From Felis catus (taxonomy: Eukaryota), in assembly GCF_018350175.1 (NCBI RefSeq), contig NC_058368.1:102488001-102552000 (forward strand): 64,000 nt of DNA, read 5' to 3'. Below the pieces are notes generated by a model that was not told the DNA's origin, made no database searches, and saw nothing but the letters and a program-made list of their open reading frames with translations. Made by a program: the position numbers and the translations under genes. This document shows positions 51,571-63,965 of the stretch, one piece after another. Position 1 is the first letter of the stretch. Every line of letters begins with the position of its first letter.

Positions 51571-51839
51571 CCCACTAGATACGGGCAGGGGGCTAAGATC
51601 AGAGCGGTCAGAGAGGTCGGGTGTCCAACACTGTGCACCGGTCAAGAGACGGCCGTGCCTACCCCTGAGGAGCTGCCCCATGTCCTACCCCCACTCCTCC
51701 CAGAAAAGCAAGACTGCTAGCTTTTTAAAGGCTAGTGACTCTCAATAGAGTCCTTAATTTCAACCCAACAGCTACTAACGGCCACATGGTATGGCTCCAA
51801 TGCCCCCTTGGAATTTTGTCTCAATCCAGCTGAAGAAAT

Positions 51840-52535
51840 TGTGAAAATAAAAGGAAATCTCGTTTCTTTTTTTTTTTTTTTTAATTTTTTTTTTTAACAT
51901 TTATTTATTTTTGAGACAGAGAGAGACAGAGCATTAACGGGGGAGGGTCAGAGAGAGAGGGAGACACAGAATCGGAAACAGGCTCCAGGCTCTGAGTGGT
52001 CAGCACAGAGCCCGACGCGGGGCTCGAACTCACGGACTGTGAGATTGTGACCTGAGGCGAAGTCGGCCGCTTAACGGACTGAGCCACCCAGGCGCCCCAG
52101 AAATCTCGTTTCTTAAAAGAAGTCGAGAAATTCGGCAGGTGGAGCTCTCGGGCCCTATTACTTGTCATCAATTGCAGACCCAAAGGAAGGCAGGACCTTG
52201 CAGGTGAATACTACTTTACTGCCCCCACCCCAGCAGGAGGAAGAAAGGCTTTCCTCCACACCCCAGCAACAGCCCAGCCAATGAGAGACAATCACGACTC
52301 GACCAATGAGAAGCCACCATACTTCCAGCTTCCAGTTTCCTCCAATGGACTCTTTGTTTCTACCAGCCCTGTGGGCGGTCCTCCTATCTTCTATAAAGGG
52401 GCTGTCACCTCCTTTGTTCTCCAGAGTTGCCTATGACTTTCCCTGTGGCTTGCTGGTCCAAGGTTGCAATTGTCCTGCTATTCCCGAATAATCCCATTTT
52501 TGCTGGTAAAATAACTGGCAGTTTGCAGTGTAACA
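51840..52535 (+). mobile_element. ERV1-class solo LTR (MER34-like, tentative) interrupted by a SINE
   Basis: TG...CA ends with 4-bp TSD AAAT (51836-39 / 52536-39); three CCAAT boxes, CTATAAA TATA box, degenerate poly(A) region ttcccgaataatccc. Confidence 0.75.
51869..52098 (-). mobile_element. Can-SINE nested in LTR
   Basis: TSD gaaatctcgtttctt. Confidence 0.95.
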
Positions 52536-52583
52536 AAATGATGACGCAACACGGCTGCTGCCACCTCTTTTCCATCAGATTCT

Positions 52584-52815
52584 TTTTTTTTTTTTTAATT
52601 TTTTTTCAACGTTTTTTTTTATTTATTTTTGAGACAGAGAGAGACAGAGCATGAACGGGGGAGGGGCAGAGAGAGAGGGAGACACAGAATCGGAAACAGG
52701 CTCCAGGCTCTGAGCCATCAGCCCAGAGCCCGACGCGGGGCTCAAACTCCCGGACCGCGAGATCGTGACCTGGCTGAAGTCGGACGCTTAACCGACTGCA
52801 CCACCCAGGCGCCCC
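52584..52815 (-). mobile_element. Can-SINE (young)
   Basis: TSD atcagattcttttt. Confidence 0.95.
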
Positions 52816-52825
52816 AATCAGATTC

Positions 52826-53014
52826 TTTTTTTGTTTTAAGTTTATTTTGAGAGAAAGTGTGAACGGGGGAGGGGCGGGGGGGGGGGGGGGAGAGAATCTC
52901 GAGCAGGCTCTGCTCAGCGCGCAACCCGACGGAGGGCTCGATCCCACCACCAGACCAGACCTGAGCCGAAATCGAGTGGGACACTTAGCCAACTGAGCCT
53001 CACAGGTGCCCCCC
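52826..53014 (-). mobile_element. Can-SINE (older)
   Basis: Diverged; ccaactgagcctcacaggtgcccc. Confidence 0.8.
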
Positions 53015-56000
53015 ATTTAACGATTCTCGGTCTTTGAGAACCCAGGCTCGACCTCCGAATACCACTCCCCTCCATCCTTCCTTATTCCTGGCAGCCAAGA
53101 ATATAAAGAGACCTTCCCTTCAGGAGGGCTTTATTGCAAAACCAGTGCATATCCTGAACATGCTTTTTCAAACTGTCCTCACCTAATCCTCCCCTAATCC
53201 GGTGATTAGGTCCTCACCTAATCACCATCCCAGGGTGATGCTCTGACGCGTCCCAGGGACCTCCTCTTGAGAATCACTGCCCAGCCATTGGCAGAGATAA
53301 ACGCTCCTTTCCTTTCTCTTCCTTCCTTCCCTTGTACCTGGTCGTACCTTGTCCTTATGTTCCTACCCCCAACGATAAATCCCATTGTCTCCAAGGCAAA
53401 CACCTTCCCTGTTCAGTCTCGGTGCGACGAGCCCTCGGAGAGGAACAGTATAAAGGGCATATTGCCTAGCTTGGGACATCGGTCCACAGTCTGGTCCAAG
53501 TGTTGGCAAGCCACGGCCAGTGGCCCAAACAGGGCCCAAACATATTTCCTCTTTAGAGTCAAAAAGGGATGAGGGCTAATGGGGAGTAGGAGAGAGGGTC
53601 ACACTGTCTTAGCACCTGTATTTCCAGAATATTTCATTTTACATGTGTCTTATTTCAGAACAGATTTCAGATGACTATAACAAATCATTGAGAATAATTT
53701 TGAAGCCATTCACTCAAACTCATACCTATCAAATAACACCTGCTCTAAATCTTGGTCATATATAACCGTAAGATAGCAGATCCAAAATAAATGGAACACT
53801 ACAACTTTTAAAGTGGATGCCATAACCTGTCCAAGATTTCTTAACCAATGAATAAGACATTTTGTATAATGCAGCCAAAAAAAAGAAAAAGCAGAAAACA
53901 GTATACATACTCCATATACTATGTCAAACTATAGCACCCTGTGAACCATGTTATTTATATTAAAATTTATATTAAATTTATTTATGTTAAAATGCATTTC
54001 TGTTATGGTCTCCCTTAATGTTACAGTAATTTCCAGTTAGTCCACAAACACCTGCAGACAGTGTTAGCATGAGACCAAGCTAAATTTAAATCAAGTTCAT
54101 TTGAATCATGATTTAAATCAGTCAAGAAGAACTGGTAACTGTTTTAAAATTAAAGAATGCATACTTATTTTTTGCCATAATAGTACTACGCTTCATAAAA
54201 CTCAGAGATATATATACACACACTACTTTTTTAAAGAAAACATCATTTAAAGATGGCAGAAAAAACTTTAAAATATTCCAATTATTTTTACCTTTACTAT
54301 TACCATCCAGCCTTTACATACGCACATGTATTTTGCACCATCAAAACCATACTCTTTCAACAGATTTTTTTCATACTTTGCAGCTACATCAGGAATTCCA
54401 ATACAGCTGCTATATATATCAAAACTAAATGCAGAATCCATTCACATCAGTAAAAGACTTTCTTCTCTAAGTTAGTCATGAGTATTTTTCCACAGTGTAT
54501 TAAAAACACACAAGCAAAACAACTTATAAACTTATAAACAACTGTTTTCTTCAGTAAAAAAGGGTAGGGGGAGTCTTCTTCGACTACAAGTCAATTTAAA
54601 ATAAGAAGTTTAGTTAAGTATCTTTATGCTTCAATAAACATTATTGAATCAATAAACATTATTCCTTGACAATAGTGTTTATTTTAATGACAGCCCTAAA
54701 ATACAAGGGGGTAGGGGGTAAGTACTCATGTCAAAGCCACTCCCAAGCAGTTAAGGATTAAATGTGGCACCCAGAAGTGAGGACACAAGTTAGAAACAAA
54801 AATGAAGAAAACATTTCATGTACGTAAAAATCCCAAATATTATATAAAGGCACATCCGTCCAGCCTCCAACTAGCAATTTTAAGTATCTTTAATAATAAC
54901 TCTGAAGCACTCGGAGAGCTCATCAAACTTCCGTGCATTTTGTTCTGTTTGGCTGGGCTAAGGGAAATTTGTTTCAGGTGGCTTTGGTGTTAAGTACATT
55001 TTTCCTGCATTCTTATATCCTGGAGCTCTAGTAACTCCTTAAACTGTAAACAGGTTATTAACAAAAACACTTGGCCGTTTAAGTTCATTCTGAATTCAAG
55101 TCATACACTTTGATAAAATATTTAACGTCTGTCACGCCTTAAAAAACGAGTATGTCTTAAATGCAATATGTTTTTAAACCCAGGAATTCTATTTCTTAAA
55201 ATCAAATAATTATGATATAGCTACTCCTTTGAAATCGAATATTTGATCTAAAAAAAAATAAGTGAAGATGACTTAACTACTGTTAGCAAAAAGACTTTGA
55301 GGGGCTCTGGAATAACACAGCCCAAGGATATGCAAAAGTACAGAAGGAGAAGAGCAAAATGATCTTGGAAATGATTTTCGCTCAAGGACACCGGAGTTTA
55401 CGGTAGCAGAAGCTCCCAGTCAAAGCCCAGCATACGTGTGCAAAGTGCAACCTGGTTGCATTTCTGCAGTGTCCAGACGTCTGGGCAGATGGGGGGCTCT
55501 GGGTGTGTCTGGGGCAAGCAATGTATCCCCACATGGGCAGTGAAGGAGGACAACAGATACGATCCCCGTGTAGGTTACCTCTTCTTGTAACACCTTCTTG
55601 CTTTCTCTTGCCCTTCTATAAAGCAGGGTCATACCTTGACGCCTGGGTTCAGTACGCACTACGACTGAACCATGAGGACAACCTCAAGATTCTGGATGGC
55701 CGGCCCCAGTCATGTCACAATCCGAAAATAAGCCCACTATTCTGAGAACCTCCTCCTCCCCACCGTGACCCTTCTCTTTTTCTTCCAGAGAGACACGGCG
55801 GCAAACAGCACGGCCCCACTATGTGCACCTTAGGGAGAGCAGAAAAGGCAAAAATACAACCTGCCACCCCACCCTGTCCATCTTCCCAGGGAGAGCAGGT
55901 CATCCTTCTCTGCCTATCATTCTCCAAGTGCCTTGTTAGAGGAACAAAAAAAAAAAAAAAATTCTCTTTCACATGCGTCAGAAAGTCTAATATTTTGTCA

Positions 56001-57344
56001 AACAGAAATGAAAAATAAACCTAATCTGAGCTGTCATAGAATCATGAAATGCCTCTGGCAGTTCTATCAAAGTATGGAGACATGTACGGACTCTTTGAAG
56101 AAATCAAACTGCAGTTTATCAAGTGTGATTTATAAGCAACACTGATGTAGCTGGTAGATAACACTGCAGTCTAATCATTAGTAGTCAGACAACAGCCATG
56201 TGAACACATCAATTACGGGCCCCACTGCCAAAAGCCCTTGAGATCGTGGAGATTAACAGCCAATCCTCTGTTTTACAAGCTCACATCAAAAAGAATATTA
56301 ATAAGAGGAGGGGCGATGTGAAAGCTTGTCAGAGTAATTCAGCCACTAAAACAAGGCATTTTTTTTCCCTTCGCCTCTCTGTTGAATTGGCCCCAGGAAG
56401 AGGCTGGCATCCGTTACAAAGTACGACGCTGCCAATTTCTTGGAAAATGTTTTTCACGAACATATGGGAACTTGCAAGGGTCTGCAAAACTGCTATTCGG
56501 TGAAGAAAGACAGGCAAGGCGTCTTCGCATCCCTTTTTTAATGCTGAAAACCAAACGAGTGGAGTTATTCCTCAATTATTTTTAAATCAATATGCGCGGT
56601 ACAAACACCCAGTAGCTCTTCCTCTGCCCTCAAAACCGAAAAAAATGTTGGAAAACCTCACGTATTTCATAGACTTCCACCATCCGCCAAAATCTAATTG
56701 ACTGAAAGACACTACGAGCACCAACCTGGACCGTAACGAGTTCCCTCAAAGACACATGGTTCTTCCCAGAGTAGGACAAGAATCAAAATGTGTGGTCTCT
56801 GACTTCGGGGATTGAAATTCCTTCTTTCCGACTATCTCTGGACCGCAGATATAAATCTCACTGATATCTCTGCAGTTAAGAATAAAACCAGCTCTCCCAG
56901 CCCATACACCGAAAGCATCTGCAAAAAAAAACTATGCCACAGCCCTAGCATTTTCTTCCGTGGTATCAGTACTTGACATACGCACCAGTGAGGATTGTTA
57001 TATTTTTGTAAACGATCAGATTAAACCAAATAGCCGGCAACTAACACTTCAGTGGGGTTCCCTAATAAATGAACGTAAGCCCCACTACAAAATGCGTGGC
57101 CTGAGTTTCCTCTGCCACCAAGAAACTGGTTTGCTATTTTCATTCCTAGAACACTCTGCACTTACACGGTGTTTTCCTAATATTTCAATGGCTGTTCATC
57201 ATTTCAAAATCAGCATGGCATAGTGGGAGACGCACGAGGGGAGGAAAAAGAAACATGGGGCTTCTGTTGCTTCTCAGTAGTCAAGCTGTTTGGCCCCTAA
57301 CTAAGTCACTTAATTCAACGGCTTGCTGACAAGCAACTGTTAAA

Positions 57345-57520
57345 TCACAAACTCTTTACCTAGGGTTCAAACGCCTCATGGAGTCTGAGACCCCACGTAA
57401 TTACAGCAGCAAAGGTTTGCATATTTATACACTAGTGCGCTTTCTATTTTTCCTTTCCCCAGGAGAGAGAGCTCATAGATGCTCAATAAAAGTGTTAACG
57501 GTTCAAAACAGACTTAAGAA
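57345..57520. mobile_element. hAT-Charlie MITE remnant (MER103-like, tentative)
   Basis: tttctattttt...ggagagagagctcatag...cttaagaa resemblance. Confidence 0.35.
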
Positions 57521-57676
57521 GCAATAAGCTAGTGTTTGTAAAGTCAAGGGCAAGAAGAGCAGGGCTTCTTTCTCATTCCACTGCATACTAGTCATCGGCC
57601 TCAGTTTCTTCACCTGTTAAACCAGAGCAAGAACATGCTCGCCAACAACCTTGAAGCCCGTCATAAAACCAACAGG

Positions 57677-57920
57677 AGAGGTGACTGGGTGGCTCAGTCG
57701 GTTAAACATCCAACTCCGGATTTTGGCTCAGGTCATGACTGCACAGTTCTTGAGTTCGAGCCCCGCACTGGGCTCTGCACTGATGGACTGGAGCCTGCTT
57801 GGATTCTCTCTCTCGCTCTCTGCCCCTCCCCTCACTTGGGCGTGCACGTGCCCTCTCTCTCTCTCCCTCTCCCTCTCCCTCCTCCCCCCCTCTAAAAATA
57901 AACTTAAAAAAAAAAAAAAA
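57677..57920 (+). mobile_element. Can-SINE (older)
   Basis: gggtggctcagtcggttaa head, CT tract, A tail. Confidence 0.9.
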
Positions 57921-59457
57921 AACAGGCTATGGCTTCAGAAGCTAAATGCTAGTGGTTGTATAAAGATGAGTAATTACTGATTGCAATTTTGACATTAGAA
58001 AGGATAGAGCCTTTTGAGTAAATAATTTATCTGGGAAACTTACTTAGTTGGGGGAGGGGGGACTCAAAAGGAAATTATTCCTAAACCTTGTTGAATCTAT
58101 ACTAGAAACTCACTCCAAAAGATGCAAAGTTTTCACTGATGGGCATCATGGACAACATCTTCTAATAATACATCCGATTAGAGTATTTTTCACAACCTCT
58201 CTAGCAAAAGCTCTTCATGTCAGAAAAGCAAATGACTCGGTCGGCACGGGAACCATGGGCGTGCCTTGGCTATGTAACACAGCAATATAGCAGAACTTGT
58301 TTGGGTGAAAATGGCTCTCAGAATAAACACGTAGAGTTTCAACCTATTAAAATGTATATTGGCAAGTGTATTTTTTTGAAAAATATTTGTTAATAACATG
58401 TTGAGTTTAAATAGCCAACTTCAAGGCTAAAAAAATCAAACCACTGTTCATTTAACAACAGTTATGACTATTAATGACCAACACTGTAATCAATGATTAT
58501 ATACCAAAGCCGTCCAAATGGGCCGTGCTCCAATTTCTTATACAAATTTCACCAAAGATAAAGGGGCCAAATTCATCTTTGAGTTCCTAAGATCTTACTA
58601 CACTCCAAACTCCTGGGCTGGTTTTTTTGTTTTGTTTTGTTTTTTCTTTTGCAAATGAGATTGTTAACTGGGTTTAAACAATTTTCCCATGGTCACACCT
58701 AAGCTTTAAGCTGTAATTGGCCCTTCTCTCTTACTTGAATAATGACCTCCTTTTTTTTTCTCTTAAGAGTAGCCCTCCATTTTAACCCTGAGGGTTTTGT
58801 GAGTGACAAAAAAACCGTCAGACAAAAATCAGCCAGCAACCAGGATGCCAGTGCGATCTGTTATTCTGACACAGCATAACCCTTCTGGGTAAAGCATCTT
58901 TATCTTTATTCTTTAGAATTCAACCGACAAGCTCTACCAGACCCAGCAAAACAGGGGCAATGTAGCCGACTTTTCAGATGACGGTGCTTTAAAGAATTAA
59001 AAATGCCACATGAATGTGAGATATGAAAAGATCCGGATAATTCCCAGCAATGCTTTTTTGCCTGTGATCTCTACATGGAAGGAAGAAAGAAGATGAGGAC
59101 CCGGTGGAGCCAGCCTTGAGGCCCTCCTGCTTCTGCAACCCTACAAAAAGCAGACCCAGTCGAGCAAGCATTTACTGAGCATGCCTTGCAATCAGGCACA
59201 GTGCTGGGTGCTGAGAAGATCCAAGTGCGCGAGAAGGCATCCATCCCCTCCAAGGTCTCGGGCTGGCAGGGGAAACGCACGGCACATGCACAGAAAACAG
59301 CAAGAGACAGGGAGAGGCTCGAATTAAAGATTCCGTCTCCAGGGCAAGAGGAGGAGTGGCCAAACTCGAAGGGCACTCAGAAAACGTAATCCAAGAAAAC
59401 ACTGAGGCCCAGGGATACAGTGACATTTAGCTAGGATCATAAAAGAAGTCCAAGTCT

Positions 59458-59666
59458 GGGGCGCCTGGGTGGCTCAGTTAAGCGTCCGACTTCAGCTCAG
59501 GTCACGATCTCACGGTCCGTGAGTTCGAGCCCCACGTCGGGCTCTGGGCTGATGGCTCAGAGCCTGGAGCCTGCTTCCGATTCTGTGTCTCCCTCTCTCT
59601 CTGCCCCTCCCCCGTTCATGCTCTGTCTCTGTCTCAAAAATAAAATAAACGTTAAAAAAAAAAAAA
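59458..59666 (+). mobile_element. Can-SINE
   Basis: TSD aaaagaagtc(c/a)aag. Confidence 0.94.
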
Positions 59667-60260
59667 AAAAGAAGTCAAAGCCAAAGCGTCCAATGGAACC
59701 CGGTCTCCCCATTCCCATCCCAGATTTCCCCATCCACCTGGATCATGAATGAGCCGCGCAGAAATCGGAGCAAAGGGCTCCGCTCCAGAGAACCCGCTAC
59801 CTGCAGACCACATGCGGCCACCACCAGCAGGATTAATTGGCTGTGCTCTGCTGACTCAGAGGACAGGACAGCAAACTGGCAGTTTTCTGAAGCTCAGCTG
59901 ACCAGAAGAGATGACCCCCATAGATCAGACCTACGGCAGTAACACAACTGCAGGCTTTACACGCTCCCAAAACATTTCCTCCAGCCTGCCTGGAAATTAC
60001 CTACACGCTACTAAACGAAAATGGCTACCGAAGCAAAACCGTGGTTCATCTTTGCTGCTTAAGCAGTTGGCTGTGCAACACATCTCCGCTCTAGGCCTAG
60101 AGGAAACACTGGGGAGGGTACGGACCCGGCTGTGAATATTCCTAGGGCCGCTGCTGCAAATCCTTAATCCTTTCTGCCCTGCCTCCCATTGGACCAACTA
60201 CGCTAATTAACCACCTGTAAAGACACCGAAATTGTATTTCAAGCAACAGTGCGGGGATTC

Positions 60261-60478
60261 TTTTTTTAATACTTTATTTTTAGGTTTATTTATTTATTTT
60301 TGGAAGAGAGAAAGAGAAGAGAGGGAACGAGGGAGGGGCAGAGAGGAGAGAGAGAATCCCAAGCAGGCCCTGCACTGCCAACGGAGCCAGACTAGGAGCT
60401 CGAACATAGCAATCGCGAGATCATGACCTGAGCTCAAATCGAGACAGAGCTTCACCAACTGAGCCACCCAGGACGCCC
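60261..60478 (-). mobile_element. Can-SINE (older)
   Basis: gagatcatgacctgagct...actgagccacccagg. Confidence 0.85.
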
Positions 60479-60502
60479 TGGGAATTTTTCTATAAAGAAC
60501 CT

Positions 60503-60710
60503 GAAAAGAAAAAAGAAAAGAAAAGAAGAGAAAAGACGAGAAAAGACAAGAGAAAAGACAAGAGAAAAGACAAGAGAAAAGACAAGAGAAAAGACAAGAG
60601 AAAAGACAAGAGAAAAGACAAGAGAAAAGACGAGAAAAGAGAAGAGAAAAGACGAGAAAAGAGAAGAGAAGAGACGAGAAAAGAGAAGAGAAGAGAAGAG
60701 AAGAGAAAAA
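60503..60710. repeat. Purine-rich compound repeat including (GACAAGAGAAAA)7
   Basis: 12-mer x7 at 60545-60628 flanked by GAAAA/GAGAA units. Confidence 0.92.
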
Positions 60711-60721
60711 CAGGAGATTCT

Positions 60722-60949
60722 TTTTTTATTTATTTATTTATTTTTTCAACGTTTATTTATTTTTGGGACAGAGAGAGACAGAGCATGAACGGGGGAGGGG
60801 CAGAGAGAGAGGGAGACACAGAATCGGAAACAGGCTCCAGGCTCCGAGCCGTCAGCCCAGAGCCCGACGCGGGGCTCGAACTCACGGACCGCGAGATCGT
60901 GACCTGGCTGAAGTCGGACGCTTAACCGACTGCGCCACCCAGGCGCCCC
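60722..60949 (-). mobile_element. Can-SINE (young)
   Basis: TSD aaaaacaggagattct. Confidence 0.96.
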
Positions 60950-61029
60950 GAAAAACAGGAGATTCTAATAACCATTCCTCACATTTGCTTTTGAGAGAGG
61001 GAAAAAAAAGACATCTTCCAATAAGCTAT

Positions 61030-61190
61030 CTGAAGCTTTTTCTAAATGCACACAAAGGAGCACCCCTGTAGAGCCAGAGAATCAGAATAGAAGTAGGCAG
61101 CCTAGAACCGGGTGGTCTGGGGAAAGGAAAAAAATTAAGCACTCTTTAGGTGATTCAGATGCACAGCTCTGATGAAGAAACGACGGTTTA
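61030..61190. mobile_element. MER5-like remnant
   Basis: gaatcagaat...taggtgattcagatgcacag. Confidence 0.5.
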
Positions 61191-61319
61191 AATGAAGGGT
61201 TTAAGGATTCTGGATATTTGATCAAACATTATGTTTTATTATTTATTATAGAGGATTCATTAACACCATTTATTATAAAAGCATGACCCCAAAAGCCAGT
61301 AAGGTAAATATCATACTCA

Positions 61320-62280
61320 CCTTCCAGTTGAAAACTATAAGGAGAGCAAATGACCACCAAAGCAGTAAAAGAAAAAAATTTTTTCATCATCTCAAGAGAA
61401 AAAAAGGTCTTCTTACACCTATACAGGGCCCAGAAGCCACAGAGGAAATGAATAATAAACCTGACTACACAATTGAAGACACACAGAGGAAAAGAAAAAA
61501 CTTGCATGAACAGAATCAAAACGCAAATGAAGAGATGGAGAAACTATTTTGCCAGCACACGAGAAAATTTGCAAAATGTAACAAAAAAAAAGCGTATTTA
61601 ATTAATACACCTTGAAATACTCTAAGTCAATAAGAAATGGCCAAGAACTCACTAGAAAATGAGTCAGAGGTTATGAATTGTCAATACATAGGAAAATAAA
61701 GAGATAACGGTTTGTTAACATGAAAAGGGGAAATTAACAAGTTACTGTTGGATTAGCACAAATTAAAGCCAAATTATTCTAATTCACAGTATGAGTTACC
61801 TTGGTAGAAATACAGGCATTTCATGTCCCACTGTAAGTGGGAATGTAAATCATGCCATCAAGTTGGGAGGCAAATTCTGAGACATATGTGTACAAAGACG
61901 TCTACTACAGCATTCCGTAGCTGAAAAAGACTATAAACACCTATGCGCTATTAGTGGAGAACTGGCTAAATCAATTCGGGAATCAAAGGCAGAAAGAAAA
62001 CATAGGCTATCCAAGATACCCAGTTATGTGAAAAGAGCAAGGTGCAGAGCTGTTTCTTTACTTACGCTCCGATCTGCATAAGGAGACAAGAAATATAAAT
62101 ATATACGCTTGAACATATGGAGACTATTTCAGGAAAGACATACAAAACTGTTCAAAGTAGTTGGCTCCGGGCTCTGGGGAGCAGGTCTAAGGGGGAAGTA
62201 AAACCTACTTTCCATTATATAATATTTTAGTGCAGTTTAAACTTTTATAGATTCATGTACTACTTAATTTCTTTAAGTCA
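61320..62280 (+). mobile_element. Old L1 (L1ME-type) ORF2-3' and 3'UTR fragment
   Basis: cccagaagccacagaggaaatga, tagaaaatgag..agaggttatgaa, gtgggaatgtaaat, agtggagaactggctaaat, gtgaaaagagcaaggtgcaga. Confidence 0.7.
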
Positions 62281-62480
62281 ATTAAATGGAATTTTAATAA
62301 ATGCAACTAGTTTCTCGAGGCTCTAGACCACTCTCCCAAATTGGAGGCATATTAAATACCCAGCAGGTATGGAAGAGGTATCCACTGGGGCGCAAAAGAA
62401 AAAAAAAAAAACAAAAAAAAAAACCCAACAACAACAAAGAATAGAATTTCTATTTATACTATTACCCCGTCATTTTAAGA

Positions 62481-62486
62481 TTTTTT

Positions 62487-62519
<33 letters not shown>

Positions 62520-62701
62520 ACAGGGCGAGACAGAGCATGAACAGGGGAGGGTCAGAGAGAGGGAGACACAGAATCTGACACAGGCTCCAGGTTCCGAGCT
62601 GTCAGCAACAGAGCCCGCCACGGGGCTCGAACTCACGGACCGCGAGATCATGACCTGAGCCGAAGTCAGACGCTTCACCGACTGAGCCACTCAGGCGCCC
62701 C
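62481..62701 (-). mobile_element. Can-SINE
   Basis: TSD aagatttt. Confidence 0.93.
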
Positions 62702-62716
62702 AAGATTTTATTGTTT

Positions 62717-62846
62717 GGGGGCACCTGGGTGGCTCAGTCGGTGAAGCGTCTGACTTCAGCTCAAGTCGTGATCTCACAGTTGGAGAGTTCAAGCCCCCAC
62801 ATGGGGCTCTCTGCTGTCAGCACAGCCGGCCTTGGATCCTCTGTCT

Positions 62847-62889
<43 letters not shown>

Positions 62890-62935
62890 CCTCCCCGTTC
62901 TCTCGCTCACTCTCACAAATACGCATTTTCAAAAA
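62717..62935 (+). mobile_element. Can-SINE (older)
   Basis: gggggcacctgggtggctcagtcgg head, CT tract. Confidence 0.9.
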
Positions 62936-63132
62936 TCTTACAACGGTCTCATTTCCAAGTTCACTAATGATTACATTAACAAATGACACACAAGAGAGGC
63001 TCTGTGGGTCTGCACACAACTAGAGACACCTGGAAAACATTCGCTCTGAGGAAAGGACTGGTCTCTTTTTAGGGAGGAAGGGAGCCTCTGAGGAAGCTAC
63101 CACGCGGTCCGCTCTCTGAGAAAACACGCAAA

Positions 63133-63276
63133 CAAAAACACTTCATGATCTTGCCTGAGGAATGGAGGCAGAAATGAAGCTGAGAGTAGGTTCCCAAACC
63201 CTGACAAAAACACTTCATGATCTTGCCTGAGGAATGGAGGCAGAAATGAAGCCGAGAGTAGGTTCCCAAACCCTGA
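63133..63276. repeat. 72-bp tandem duplication (2 copies, 1 mismatch)
   Basis: 63133-63204 vs 63205-63276; T63181/C63253. Confidence 0.95.
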
Positions 63277-63399
63277 GATCCTTCTTTAGAGTCACAGCCC
63301 GGCCCTCCCTCCCCCTCACAAAGCCCCACCCCTCCCCTTCTCGGACTCTTACTCGGTTCCCCATGGCTCCCTGGAGCCTGGCCCCAGGCTCCCTCTTGA

Positions 63400-63820
63400 A
63401 TTTCCTCTCCAAGCACCTCAGCTTGCCCTCACTCCGCTCCAGCCACCCTGGAGTCTCCTAGATCAACCAAACACACTTCCCTCCTTCAGGGCTTATGAAC
63501 AGGCCGTTCCCTTCGCCTAGAAACTTCTCAGGGGCTCCAATGGCTCCCCTCACTGGGTATCAGGTCCCTCCTCAAACACAAAAAGTATAAACTCTCCTTT
63601 GCCACCATCCCTCTCCAGCATCTCTCCTCCCTTCTCAATTCCCCCCTTGCAGCACCTAACACCTACCAACACACATTCACTTGTCCAGAATGAACTAGAA
63701 TAGAAGCTTCCTGCAAGCAGAAACTTTGTTCACTCCTGTATCTCCGGGACCCAGCCCGGGCTTGGCATACGGTCAGCGTTCAAACACTGTTCGCCCAGTG
63801 AAGGAACGAAGGAAGGAATA
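63400..63820 (+). mobile_element. L2 3' end
   Basis: ctccagccaccctgg...tagaatagaagcttcc...gttcactcctgtatctcc...gaaggaacgaaggaa. Confidence 0.75.
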
Positions 63821-63965
63821 AACAGAGATCGCACTGACACCTCCCCGATTTCTAGTATTTCTACCGTCAGAACACAAAACAGTCCAAGATCGCGACCTCT
63901 GGGAGGAGGCAGGGAACGAAATCCGTGGTCACCGTTGTCCATAGTTTGTATGCAAAAGAATTCCT

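Noticed and set aside
5246..62986. Recurrent ORFs such as MAQSVKRPTSAQVMISR and MGQRETEHERGRGRERGRHR
   Set aside because: Translations of Can-SINE copies, not a gene family.
63069..63416. ORF with a repeated 24-aa unit
   Set aside because: Consequence of the 72-bp tandem duplication.
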